Program-made: the position numbers and the translations under genes | Part shown: positions 8,494-17,835 of the stretch, one piece after another | How the letters are laid out: each line of letters opens with the position of its first letter | Numbering within the stretch: position 1 is the stretch's first letter | The notes under the pieces: model-generated | Told to the model about the DNA's origin: nothing | The model's database searches: none | What the model saw: only the letters and a program-made list of their open reading frames with translations | Assembly: GCA_014727915.1 (NCBI GenBank) | Contig: WJMO01000009.1 | Span: 103,943 to 167,942 of the forward strand | Origin: Candidatus Altiarchaeales archaeon | GTDB lineage: Archaea; Altiarchaeota; Altiarchaeia; IMC4; SCGC-AAA252-I15 | Length of the DNA stretch: 64,000 nt | Direction of reading: 5' to 3'

Positions 8494-9183
8494 TTACTTC
8501 AGCACGATCTTCCCTATTCCGTATCTGTCGAACTCCTCCTCTATTGCTTTTATCGCTTTCTCGCCCGGGTCGTTTCTCCTGCAGGCTTCCGGCAGCAGAT
8601 GCAGTGCGTTGCTTAGTGCGTGGTATTGGACTCCCATGGATTCAACGGCTTCCTGCACGGTCCTGCCGTCGTCTCGCAGTTCCATCCGGTTCGTGACTCC
8701 GAACGCGGCCACAACATCAGCGCCCGCGTCCTTCAGAGTTTCGATGCTATTCATAAGGGATTCCCCGGTGGTGGTGACGTCCTCCAACACGATGGTCTTT
8801 CCCCTGGGCTGTCCGAGGAACAGGCGGTCCTTCGCCGCCCCATGATCCTTCGGCCTGCCCCTTCCCATAGGGAGGATGTGGCTTCGGGGAGCATAGTCGG
8901 AGGATGATTTCGCCCACTTGTACTGGGTAAGAACTCCCAGTTTGGTGGCTCCCTCGGGCACTCCGTAGAAGCAGTCCGGGCTCAAGCCAAGGTCCCGGGT
9001 GAAGGCTATCACGTAATCCGTCAACTGGTCCGCCAGGAACACGTCTTCGGCAACGTTCCTCCAGTTGACGTACCAGTATGTTCTCCTGCCGGATTTCAGC
9101 TTTATCGGCTCCTTGAAGAAGCCTACAACACCGTTGTCCAACACGAACCTGTTGAAGCCGTCCTGGTCGAACCCGCCCATCAC
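8494..9183 (-). CDS. pyrE: Orotate phosphoribosyltransferase-like
   Basis: IKLKSGR.TYWYVN, GRPKDHG loop, PRPP-binding VLEDVTTTGES; GGAGGG SD upstream. Confidence 0.85.
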   Translation of the reverse strand: MMGGFDQDGFNRFVLDNGVVGFFKEPIKLKSGRRTYWYVNWRNVAEDVFLADQLTDYVIAFTRDLGLSPDCFYGVPEGATKLGVLTQYKWAKSSSDYAPRSHILPMGRGRPKDHGAAKDRLFLGQPRGKTIVLEDVTTTGESLMNSIETLKDAGADVVAAFGVTNRMELRDDGRTVQEAVESMGVQYHALSNALHLLPEACRRNDPGEKAIKAIEEEFDRYGIGKIVLK

Positions 9184-9480
9184 ACAACCCTCCTTATGCT
9201 TAATAGAAGTTTAGATTCAACGTTATAAAGCGACCCCCCGGACGCACACAACATGACTGTCCTGCAGATTCCTATAATCCATGGTGTTTCCCCCCCGCGT
9301 CGGGCGACCCTCCCAAGGCTATCCAATGCACCCGATCGGGTGAAATAACCTATATTCCAGAAAAATACATATTTTTTTCCGAATAATCTATAAAATACTG
9401 GTTTCTTTTTAGATACTTGCTATTTTTAAACATTGTTTTCAATAGCTTATCCGAGATATGCTTTTATCTAAAAGGCGTGG

Positions 9481-10110
9481 GTGGCTATGGTGTTGTTGGC
9501 AATCGGCATACTGGGTTTCATAGGTCTTTTCGCACTTAACATGCATCATGTGATGAAGACCGGCGTAATATCCAAGAACGACGAGGTCCTCTACGACAAG
9601 ACGATAGTCTCCAAGGCATACTCCACGATCCTGCCTACCATGGGCAACAGGAAGCTATGCCCTCGGACTGGCAAGCAGCACTGCTACAACGACCATCTCG
9701 GATGCGCGCACTTCCAGGGGCTGAACGATAAGAAGAACAAGGTGATATGCAGCTACCATGATAGTGGCTTGTCAGATGCTGCCAAGGGCGGCAATGGAAA
9801 GTCCTCGAAGGAGATCGACCTGGAGAAGTACGCTACAGTCACTGGGATAGGCAAGCTGACATACATCCTCCACAAGCACCAGAAGCTGACGTTTGACGCG
9901 AAGCTCGCGAAGCACCTTAAGATAAAGCCAGTGCTGCTCGACCAGTACCTGAAGACCCTTGAGCGCTACAAGTTCGTCAACACATACATGGACCCCATAC
10001 ATGGCATGATAATAGAGTGGGTGGACAACAGCGACCGGGTCTATAACGGCTACTCGAAGGAGTTCATAAGGGACGAGCTTCAGAAGCGCAGGAATTCTAT
10101 TATTATATGA
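9481..10110 (+). CDS. Membrane-anchored protein with Cys/His cluster and C-terminal winged-helix-like domain
   Basis: N-terminal TM; CPRTGKQHCYNDHLGCAHF...CSYH; TGIGKL..IL...KLAKHLKIKPVLLDQYLKTLERYKFV. Confidence 0.7.
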   Translation: MAMVLLAIGILGFIGLFALNMHHVMKTGVISKNDEVLYDKTIVSKAYSTILPTMGNRKLCPRTGKQHCYNDHLGCAHFQGLNDKKNKVICSYHDSGLSDAAKGGNGKSSKEIDLEKYATVTGIGKLTYILHKHQKLTFDAKLAKHLKIKPVLLDQYLKTLERYKFVNTYMDPIHGMIIEWVDNSDRVYNGYSKEFIRDELQKRRNSIII

Positions 10111-10167
10111 TAGGGTGTCATTATCAAATTACCCTATGACTGTGTGAAACCAGGTTTTGGCTGAACT

Positions 10168-10806
10168 ATGACTTCCGACTCGAACGATGATGGGATAGAT
10201 AGAGCCTTGGACTATGCGGAAAAGGGCGAGTTAAACCGGGCTAGGGGAGAGTACATTAGGGCTGTTAAGGAAGACCCTGGGAAGCAGGGCCTCTACTATA
10301 TGATGTCTCCCGCAGGCGGAGGCTTCGAAAAGGCAGGTAAGCCGACTCGACGGAGGGTCGGGAGGAGGAAGGGGTTGAGCCCCACATCCGGGGTCGCAGC
10401 GATAACTATCGTCGTGTTGCTTGTGTATTACTTCGCGTTCATGCCTGGTGAGCTGCGGTCAGGCGGCCTGACTGCGGCACAGTCAAATGAAAAAAACAGG
10501 TCCGAGGACGCTCAACCCTCCGGTGGTAGCCAAATAGACAGCGATGACCCTGGTTTGAAAGTAGTCGTCAGGGACGGAATAACGGTTCCTGTTGGAGGTG
10601 GTAGAGATGCTAACTCGACCGATTCGGACCCTCAACAGCCGATAACATCTGAGAAGAGGGATATGTTGGACGAGACTGTTGAGAGGGTTAACACTGGCAT
10701 GACGGGCTTTGTGATATTCGCTGTGATATTGGTCATGCTTATATTGATAATAGCGGATGTGATGAAGGTCTATTGGAGCACCAGAGGAACAGAGAAGGAC
10801 CGGTGA
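10168..10806 (+). CDS. Hypothetical membrane protein (2 TM, TPR-like N-terminal helix pair)
   Basis: RALDYAEKGELNRARGEYIRAVKEDP; two hydrophobic segments. Confidence 0.7.
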   Translation: MTSDSNDDGIDRALDYAEKGELNRARGEYIRAVKEDPGKQGLYYMMSPAGGGFEKAGKPTRRRVGRRKGLSPTSGVAAITIVVLLVYYFAFMPGELRSGGLTAAQSNEKNRSEDAQPSGGSQIDSDDPGLKVVVRDGITVPVGGGRDANSTDSDPQQPITSEKRDMLDETVERVNTGMTGFVIFAVILVMLILIIADVMKVYWSTRGTEKDR

Positions 10807-10844
10807 TATTCTCACATTTATTCTTGAATTTCCCAATTATAGCT

Positions 10845-12431
10845 ATGGTGCAGGATCAGGCTGGCGGCAAGGATAGGCGGGAACAGCAGCCTGCCGAGCC
10901 TCCTCGGCCGCACATAGACCCCGTACACGCCAACCCTCTTTCCCCTGGCCAGGCCAACCAGCAGACTCCTATGGGTCGGATCAGCGTCGGACCCTATGGT
11001 GAGCGGAGGCTGACCCTCAGACCCCGAAAAGGCGAGTCCGTGGCTGATCAGATGGGTGACATGATAGAGCAGATGAGAGGCCTCGGAGTTGACCCGTGGC
11101 GTGTCCTACAGCAGAATGTCATGCTCTCACCCCAGGGCTTCGACGAGGCTTCCAGTGTTGCTGCCGGCAAGCTGCGTGACTTCCACCAGTACTCCACTTC
11201 TCCGACGTCATATCTCACACAGCCCGCATTGGACGGGAGGGCTGCGATGGAGTTGACGGTATTCGACCCCCAGGAGGGCTTCTCCCCCGTGGAGGTTGAG
11301 AAACGGTCGGTCGTCACCGAACGATATGGTGAAGTCCATTATACCGTGGCTGAGGGGTTGGACGAGGACGGCAGGCCCTGGAAGGTTCTGAACTCTGCTG
11401 GCCTGCACGACCCGAAGGCCAAGGGCATACGCGCGCAGGTCCGGGCAGCATATGGCATGGCACGGGAGATATTCAGGGTGGAAGGCATGAGCTGGAGGGA
11501 CGTGGACTACGTCGAGCATGTTGTCGAGAACATAGACGGCCCGAACTATAAGGAATTGAATCGTACTCGTGAGGTTGAGTACAGAGAGGATGGCAGAACC
11601 AGCAAGTTCCCCTCTGCCACCGGGATCGGCGAGGAGCCTGTTGAAGTGGATTCGCCAGACGGCATGCGAACTGAGGACAGGGGCAGGTTCGTGATGAGCT
11701 TGAAGGCCTCCCAGGGAGAGTCTTTTGTCAAGGTGCCGTTGGACAACATCGTATGCCAGCCTCCTTCGCACAAGTACGAGGCAGAGTTCCAATTCGGGGA
11801 GACTGTCAGGGGCAGGACCGGCGACGTTGTCGGAACTCCACTTCAGGCGTCTGGCGTGGGCGCGAAGGTCCCTCGCCCGTGGTTCGAGCGGGGTGGTGCG
11901 GTGTTCTGGAGGCAGGTTCCCCCCACACCCGAGGGTCCTGTCGAATACCCCCTTGAAACATACTACGCTACTCCGGAGACTGCATTGGAAGCCCAGACGA
12001 TCGCCACATACAATAGCATCGCAGGTTTGATCGGAGCTGAGAACCTGAGATTGCATGGGATCGGCGCCTCTGCATCTCTCGCTCGGTTGCAGCAGAACAT
12101 CTTCTACGTGAAGCCAGGCGAGGAGGCTGAAAGGGCTGCTGCGATATCGGATGCCCTCGTGTCCGGAGTCCCGAACGTTAATGTATCAGCTGATGTCTGC
12201 TATGCGGAGCTGCTGACCGAAGCCAGGGCGGTGGCCCAACTGCCTAATGGTATACTCTACATATCCGGAACGGCGTCCATCGGCCGCTCACCGCATAAGA
12301 AGTCGCCGATACTCCACTCCCCCAAGGAGTTCACGCCCGGGGACAGAGTGGACGTCACACAGCTTGTGAGGATGTTCGGCGTTGAAGAGTTGGGTAAACG
12401 GGGCATCCAAGCCATGGAAACCAAGGATTAG
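10845..12431 (+). CDS. Rid/YjgF-superfamily multidomain protein (FkbO/Hyg5 chorismatase-like), atypical motif order
   Basis: YKELNRTR, FPSATGIG, FERG, ADVCYAELLTE and LYISGTASIG motifs. Start moved to 10845 to avoid overlap with the upstream gene. Confidence 0.7.
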   Translation: MVQDQAGGKDRREQQPAEPPRPHIDPVHANPLSPGQANQQTPMGRISVGPYGERRLTLRPRKGESVADQMGDMIEQMRGLGVDPWRVLQQNVMLSPQGFDEASSVAAGKLRDFHQYSTSPTSYLTQPALDGRAAMELTVFDPQEGFSPVEVEKRSVVTERYGEVHYTVAEGLDEDGRPWKVLNSAGLHDPKAKGIRAQVRAAYGMAREIFRVEGMSWRDVDYVEHVVENIDGPNYKELNRTREVEYREDGRTSKFPSATGIGEEPVEVDSPDGMRTEDRGRFVMSLKASQGESFVKVPLDNIVCQPPSHKYEAEFQFGETVRGRTGDVVGTPLQASGVGAKVPRPWFERGGAVFWRQVPPTPEGPVEYPLETYYATPETALEAQTIATYNSIAGLIGAENLRLHGIGASASLARLQQNIFYVKPGEEAERAAAISDALVSGVPNVNVSADVCYAELLTEARAVAQLPNGILYISGTASIGRSPHKKSPILHSPKEFTPGDRVDVTQLVRMFGVEELGKRGIQAMETKD

Positions 12432-12470
12432 GCTTCTTTTAAACCGTGGCATCCTATATGTTCAGGTAAG

Positions 12471-12638
12471 ATGCCAGCTTTGAAAAAGGTCAAAACCGAC
12501 GGTTTGATGGGTGGAGCAGGTCTAATACGTTACTTTGACGTTGACGAGGGCGGCCCTAAGATGGACCCTAAGATGTTCCTGGGTTTTGTCGTGGCAATCC
12601 TGGTCTTGGAATTATTGTCTCATGTAATATTATCTTGA
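12471..12638 (+). CDS. secG: Preprotein translocase subunit Sec61-beta (archaeal SecG)
   Basis: MPALKKVKTDGLMGGAGLIRYFDVDEGGPKMDPKMFLGFVVAILVLELLSHVILS*, with the GL..AGLIRYF-D signature and a C-terminal TM; 55 aa, below the ORF-track cutoff. Confidence 0.93.
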   Translation: MPALKKVKTDGLMGGAGLIRYFDVDEGGPKMDPKMFLGFVVAILVLELLSHVILS

Positions 12639-12649
12639 GTTTTGATGTC

Positions 12650-13072
12650 ATGGAATCCAGATACTTGAGGGCATTCTCTGTTCTGGCGCTGTTCATCCTC
12701 CATTCCGGCTGTACCCAACCCGACACCGAACCTGAACCTGTTACGACAACACATTCGACTTCAACTACGACCCCGACGACATCATCAACATCCACTTCCT
12801 CCTCTACCCTGCTGTCCACGTCCACTACCCTCGCTCCGACCACTTCGACTCTCCCTTTCAGGTTCGAATGCTCTGTCAACAGGGACTGCGGGGAGATAAC
12901 GGAGGCGCTTATCTGCTACATGGGGGATGTCTACGTCAACCGGATCATACCGACTTGCCAGAGCCCGAACACCCCCTATGCTAAGTGCGTCAACACGACG
13001 AAGCTGTCCATGTCCCCTGTCGAAAAGTGCGGGGGTAACAGGTGCCAGGCTGGCAGGTGCATAAACCAGTAA
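12650..13072 (+). CDS. Lipoprotein-like Thr-rich/Cys-rich surface protein
   Basis: LFILHSGC lipobox-like motif, poly-T/S linker, C-terminal Cys module (CSVNRDCG...C.G.C). Confidence 0.8.
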   Translation: MESRYLRAFSVLALFILHSGCTQPDTEPEPVTTTHSTSTTTPTTSSTSTSSSTLLSTSTTLAPTTSTLPFRFECSVNRDCGEITEALICYMGDVYVNRIIPTCQSPNTPYAKCVNTTKLSMSPVEKCGGNRCQAGRCINQ

Positions 13073-13073
13073 A

Positions 13074-14981
13074 ATGCGTCCATACCATATTGTCTTGGTG
13101 CTGGTATTGGTTTGCGGCTGCGTTGGAACGGAGGTAAAGGACGTCTCGAACTGCCAGCTGATAGGGAATGACGATCAGCGGGACTGGTGTTACACGAACT
13201 ATGCTATCGAATCGGGCGACAGCAGCGTCTGCGAGTCATTGAAGAATCCGATGTGGATGAGCGGCTGCTATGCGGTCGTCGATGGCATACCTCCGATGTG
13301 CGAGAACATAACCGACCAGTTCTGGAGGGATGCATGCTACTATGGTGTCGCGATGAACTTGGATAACCAGTCCGTCTGCCACAGGATCCAGGGCACGGAC
13401 TACCGGGCGTGGTGCATAAGGGACACCGGTTTTGATGAGAACAAGCTTAGGGTCTGCGATGATAAGGAGGACAACGATGAGATGCTATGGTGCATCGCTG
13501 TCGTGTCCAAGGACCCGACAATCTGCAGTAGGATTGGGGATAGCGGTTGGAAGGAGGACTGCCTGTCGGATGTGTTCGAGCTCTGGACGGTAGGTGAGGG
13601 GACTTCAACAACCCACACCACGACATCATCCACCATGGAGCCCACGACTTCCACGCTCACGTCCAGTCCCACCACTTTGGCGGTTGCGACCTCCACAAGC
13701 TTGGCTCCTGTCACGTCCACTACCCTAGTATCCGCTACTTCGACGACGGTTAAGCCGGTCACGTCCACGACGGGGACTTCGACTTCCACTACTCTAGAGC
13801 CGTCCACTTCGACGACGTTGGAGCTCGTTTCCACCACTACGACGTTGGCTCCGACCACGACAACGGTCGAGACGACTTCCACCACCTTGGCTCCTGTGAC
13901 GTCCACGACGGGGACTTCGACTTCCACTACTCTAGAGCCGTCCACTTCGACGACAGTCGCTCCTACAACGACCACGGTTGAGGTTACATCCACGACGTTG
14001 AGGGCTACCTCGACCACTTTACAGCCCACAACCACCTTGGAGGCCAGTTCCACAACATTGGCTCCGTCAACCACTATCCTGAAGGTTACAACCACGACCT
14101 TGCTTCCTGTTACTTCAACAACCCTGGAGGCGGCTACTTCAACCACTCTCCTGCCGTCCGCTTCGACGACGTTGGCTCCGACTACTACGCTTATGCCCAC
14201 TACCACCTTGGCTCCGTCAACCACTATCCTGAAGGTTACAACCACGACCTTGCCGCCGACTACCACGACCCTGTTGGGCTGTGACGTGATGTGCGACGCA
14301 GACTACGGTCTCCCCGGCGGATACTGCACGGAGAATATCGAATGCGACCGAACATACCATTGGCCCACCTACTATGGCGGGCCCCCCTATCACTTGGTCT
14401 GCCAGAGCGGAAGATGGTGCTGTTGCCCGATGACAACCACCACAACAACTGCCGCCCCAACCTCCACGACCTTGCAGTCCACTTCGACGACCTTGCAGTC
14501 CACTTCGACGACGTTGGTTCCGTCCACTTCGACGACCTTGCAGTCCACTTCGACGACGTTGGCTCCTGTCACGTCCACGACCTTGGAGGCTCCTCCCACA
14601 GTGGAGGATTGTGAGGCCGTCACCCACCCTGTGGAGAAGGACTGGTGCTTTGCCAAGGCGGCCGCGGCAGCCAACGACACCAGCATATGCGACAGGGTCG
14701 TGAGCGGCTACTGGAAGGACGCATGCCGCCGTGACGTCGCAATATCCGCTGGTGACCCGTCAATATGCGATGGAGTCGTGGAAGAGGAGAGGCGCGACGT
14801 CTGCCACATGGAGGTCGCGATAGAGTGGATGGACCCCTCATTCTGCGTTGGCATAGGATACGAGGAGAAGCGGAATCAGTGCCTCCTAGAGATAAGCATA
14901 CTCCGAAAGGACCCCCGCGTCTGCGACAGCATACTCGACAAGCACTGGCAGACGGTCTGCTACAAATACGCAGGGCCCTAG
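13074..14981 (+). CDS. Mucin-like Thr-rich surface lipoprotein with C-x-x-I...D-x-C repeats at both ends
   Basis: LVLVCGC lipobox-like motif; long STTT repeat stalk; repeated 'C..I......RD.CY...A' helical Cys repeats. Confidence 0.85.
   Translation: MRPYHIVLVLVLVCGCVGTEVKDVSNCQLIGNDDQRDWCYTNYAIESGDSSVCESLKNPMWMSGCYAVVDGIPPMCENITDQFWRDACYYGVAMNLDNQSVCHRIQGTDYRAWCIRDTGFDENKLRVCDDKEDNDEMLWCIAVVSKDPTICSRIGDSGWKEDCLSDVFELWTVGEGTSTTHTTTSSTMEPTTSTLTSSPTTLAVATSTSLAPVTSTTLVSATSTTVKPVTSTTGTSTSTTLEPSTSTTLELVSTTTTLAPTTTTVETTSTTLAPVTSTTGTSTSTTLEPSTSTTVAPTTTTVEVTSTTLRATSTTLQPTTTLEASSTTLAPSTTILKVTTTTLLPVTSTTLEAATSTTLLPSASTTLAPTTTLMPTTTLAPSTTILKVTTTTLPPTTTTLLGCDVMCDADYGLPGGYCTENIECDRTYHWPTYYGGPPYHLVCQSGRWCCCPMTTTTTTAAPTSTTLQSTSTTLQSTSTTLVPSTSTTLQSTSTTLAPVTSTTLEAPPTVEDCEAVTHPVEKDWCFAKAAAAANDTSICDRVVSGYWKDACRRDVAISAGDPSICDGVVEEERRDVCHMEVAIEWMDPSFCVGIGYEEKRNQCLLEISILRKDPRVCDSILDKHWQTVCYKYAGP
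13761..14552 (+). repeat. Intragenic direct/tandem repeats of the Thr-rich stalk
   Basis: 56 bp exact copy at 13761-13816/13899-13954; 46 bp exact copy at 14058-14103/14208-14253; 21 bp unit ACGACCTTGCAGTCCACTTCG repeated from 14466. Confidence 0.9.
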
Positions 14982-14984
14982 GTC

Positions 14985-16298
14985 CTAACTTTCTCTGGGC
15001 GGGATGCCCAGGTAACCCTTGATTCTGCGTATCTCCTGCATCGTATCCTGGCTGTTGGCCACGGTCAATAGCCTGTCTCTCTGCCTGCTCATCATGATCA
15101 TATGGTCGTGCAGTTGGGAGTCTGGCATTGCCACGACGTTCTTCAATGCCTCAGTGTCTGGCGTGTGGCCTCCATGTTGTATTATGGCATTGGCTGCCAT
15201 CATCTCTGGTTGCCCCTGCTCCCGGAGTGCAGCGTATTCCAACGTTCTCAAAGCGTCCCGTTCCGCCGTTGGCGTTCTCGCGCTCCTACCCGCGATTTTT
15301 CTCTGAACCTTAGCCAGCTTCTCATCGAAGGATAGCACCCTGTCCTTTTCAGGGTCGAGGTCGGTTCCCATCCTCCGCCTTGCACGGGATAAAGATGCAA
15401 GTGCCCCTTTAGCTGGCAACGGCGGTTTGGCCATCACAGCAGATACTCGAGCCTGGTAGTCTCCCTGCTCAAGTGCTATAAGCCTGTTATGGTATGATCC
15501 TATGCTATCCGGCTGGTCTGAGGACATGCTTATCCCGTATTGCGCTCCAGCGGCTGGGTTGGGCGCCTGCGTAATGTACTCTTCCATGTAACCTCCTTTG
15601 ACTCGCCCAGGCTCTATCCTCGCTGCCTGTCGGAGTTCATCAGCGGTTATCGGCGTACTCTGAGCCATTTGGAATGCCCTTTGGGGTTCAGCTCCTCTTT
15701 CCCTCTCCAGTGAGAATTTCAGGACTCTCCCGGCACGCAACAGGTTGAGCTCATCGTCTCTCAGAGGATGTGCGTCTTCTCCTAGTGGAATATCTGCCTC
15801 CCTGAGATTGTGGTATCTTGCCATGTCCGCTGCTACCTGGTCAAAGCCCTCAATCCTCGCGGCAGGTCTCTGGATCGGCGGAGGCGCGAGTTGGGATGGG
15901 GTTTTTGGCCTGGCAACCCCCGGCCTGTCCTCTATCCTGAAGCTTACACTTGAGAATGTCTGGTCGATCACTGCCTTAGCCTCTGCAGTCCTACCAGATG
16001 CTGAATGCGAGGAGGCTGCGTTCAATGCAGTGAATGCCCTGGCATACTGCGACCTCTCACTTTCATCCCTTGACCTGGTGTGCACTCCAGCCGCTATGTT
16101 GGCCAGGTGGGACAGCATCTCAGGCCTGCCGGCCAGCATATCCCCCGGACGGTCTGTGTTCAGCCTTGTTCCCCTGTGGGTTTCCATGAGCTCCGGTACT
16201 GCGGCCTTGAGGTCCATCTGCAGCCTTTCACCGTCCTGCTGGACTTTCAGGTCATGCAAGTGCTTGGTCTGTATCTGGCTCGCTTTTACTTTAGCCAT
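14985..16298 (-). CDS. Hypothetical protein (orphan, helical, Ala/Arg/Gln-rich)
   Basis: 437 aa ORF, convergent with the previous gene; no recognisable motif. Confidence 0.75.
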   Translation of the reverse strand: MAKVKASQIQTKHLHDLKVQQDGERLQMDLKAAVPELMETHRGTRLNTDRPGDMLAGRPEMLSHLANIAAGVHTRSRDESERSQYARAFTALNAASSHSASGRTAEAKAVIDQTFSSVSFRIEDRPGVARPKTPSQLAPPPIQRPAARIEGFDQVAADMARYHNLREADIPLGEDAHPLRDDELNLLRAGRVLKFSLERERGAEPQRAFQMAQSTPITADELRQAARIEPGRVKGGYMEEYITQAPNPAAGAQYGISMSSDQPDSIGSYHNRLIALEQGDYQARVSAVMAKPPLPAKGALASLSRARRRMGTDLDPEKDRVLSFDEKLAKVQRKIAGRSARTPTAERDALRTLEYAALREQGQPEMMAANAIIQHGGHTPDTEALKNVVAMPDSQLHDHMIMMSRQRDRLLTVANSQDTMQEIRRIKGYLGIPPRES

Positions 16299-16340
16299 GT
16301 TAGACTCTGGGAATTATTAGAATAAAACAATTATCCAGAG

Positions 16341-16617
16341 GGTGGCGGACGCTCCGGGAGTGGAGTCCGTCGTCTAGGATTCGGTTGCTCCAGCTTGGTT
16401 CTCTCTCCCGCGACCTCACAAGCACCGCACGCAAATGTTATGGCTGCTCCCTTCCGGGCCTGACCAGGTTCCATAAGCGGACAGTCCAGTGAGACGAGAA
16501 GTCATAGTTCCAAGTTGGACCGGAACCTGGGCTTCGGATTCGCCTCCCGGCTTTCAGCCCCCCCATGAAGACGGTTTGGGGTGACAGGCAACGCCTAATT
16601 GCCCGGCCTAGTCCACC
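16341..16617 (-). ncRNA. ffs: Signal recognition particle RNA (7S)
   Basis: Minus strand starts GGTGGACTAGGCCGGGC (Alu-type 5' end) and contains the SRP54-binding helix 8 TCAGGCCCGGAAGGGAGCAGC; 3' GTCCGCC pairs with 5' GGTGGAC (helix 1). Confidence 0.95.
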
Positions 16618-16640
16618 AGAGAATAGATAGGCGGGACATG

Positions 16641-16648
16641 TATAAAAA
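16641..16648 (-). promoter_or_regulatory. TATA box of SRP RNA
   Basis: TTTTTATA on the minus strand, about 24 nt upstream of the predicted RNA 5' end. Confidence 0.7.
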
Positions 16649-16740
16649 GGGTCACCCTCAGGGGACTCATTGGTTTAAATAGGCTTATGAATAATATTTT
16701 ACTGAGGTTGGCTGACTTTGGGTGACTGGCTGATTCTAGG

Positions 16741-17835
16741 ATGAAAATGGACTCCATAGTCAACGCTGCGATTCAACATGGGACTCTTGAGAAGCGGTTA
16801 TACGATGAATTCGAAGAAGCCGATCATTTGAAGATCGTCGTCTGCGGGATAGGGGGCGCAGGCAACAACAGCATAAGCAGGCTGAACAGGATTGGCATCG
16901 AGGGTGCCGAGCTGGTAGCCATCAACACTGACAAGCAGGACCTCCAGAAGCTCCAGGGGGACATGACCAAGATACTCATCGGCGCCAAGCTGATGAGAGG
17001 CCTTGGAGCCGGGGGGTTCCCCGAGTTGGGGGCTAAGGCGGCTGAGGCGAGCCACCATGAGCTTTCCGAGGTGTTGGCGGGCACGCACTTGATGTTCCTG
17101 GCTGCGGGCATGGGCGGCGGCACCGGAACCGGCGCGGCAGCGGTCGTGGCCGAGATAGGCAAGGAACTGGGTGCGATAGTCGTGGCGGTGGTGACCTACC
17201 CCTTCAAATTGGAGCGTGCGCGCCTGGAAAAGGCCAGGGAAGGCATTGACAGGCTTAGGAAAGTCGCGGATACCGTTATCGTAGTGGATAACAACAAGCT
17301 AGTGGAATATGTGCCTAACCTGCCGTTGGACAAGGCTTTCAGCGTCGCGGACGAGGTCGTGGCAAGGGCTGTCAAGGGTATTACGGAGACGATAATGGAG
17401 CCTTCTTTGATCAACTTGGACTTCGCTGACATACGCTCTGTGATGGGCGGCGGATCGGTTGCTGTTATAAGCGTCGGAGACGGGGAAGGCGTCGACAAGT
17501 GCGAGCTGGCGGTCCGGAACACACTCGACCATCCGCTGTTGGACGTGGACTACTCGGGGGCGTCGGGCGCGCTGATACACATAACCGGCGGCCCGGACCT
17601 TACATTGGGGGAGGCCAACCAGGTGGGGCAGCTAATCACGGACCAGCTGGATAGCCAGGCGTCGGTGACCTGGGGTGCCCGGGTGGATCAGGAGCTGGAG
17701 GACAAGATCGAGGTCATAGCAATCATAACCGGAGTTAAGAGCCCGAACATACTGGGTCACTCCACCAAGTCTAGATACGACGACTACGAGCGTGAGCAGC
17801 ACGACAGCTGGGGCCCGGACATAAAAGGCCTCTAG
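16741..17835 (+). CDS. ftsZ: Cell division protein FtsZ (FtsZ2-type)
   Basis: GIGGAGNN, AINTD, GMGGGTGTG, INLDFAD; DNNKLVEYVPNLP resembles the archaeal FtsZ2 clade. Confidence 0.97.
   Translation: MKMDSIVNAAIQHGTLEKRLYDEFEEADHLKIVVCGIGGAGNNSISRLNRIGIEGAELVAINTDKQDLQKLQGDMTKILIGAKLMRGLGAGGFPELGAKAAEASHHELSEVLAGTHLMFLAAGMGGGTGTGAAAVVAEIGKELGAIVVAVVTYPFKLERARLEKAREGIDRLRKVADTVIVVDNNKLVEYVPNLPLDKAFSVADEVVARAVKGITETIMEPSLINLDFADIRSVMGGGSVAVISVGDGEGVDKCELAVRNTLDHPLLDVDYSGASGALIHITGGPDLTLGEANQVGQLITDQLDSQASVTWGARVDQELEDKIEVIAIITGVKSPNILGHSTKSRYDDYEREQHDSWGPDIKGL

Noticed and set aside
13400-14266. 288-aa Val-rich antisense ORF
   Set aside because: Reverse-complement image of the poly-Thr codons.
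13761-14552. CRISPR array
   Set aside because: Repeats are in-frame coding units of a Thr-rich stalk with no unique spacers, and no cas genes are present.
16680-16740. Second C/D sRNA upstream of ftsZ
   Set aside because: CTGA occurs three times but there is no acceptable box C or terminal stem; more likely the ftsZ 5' UTR.
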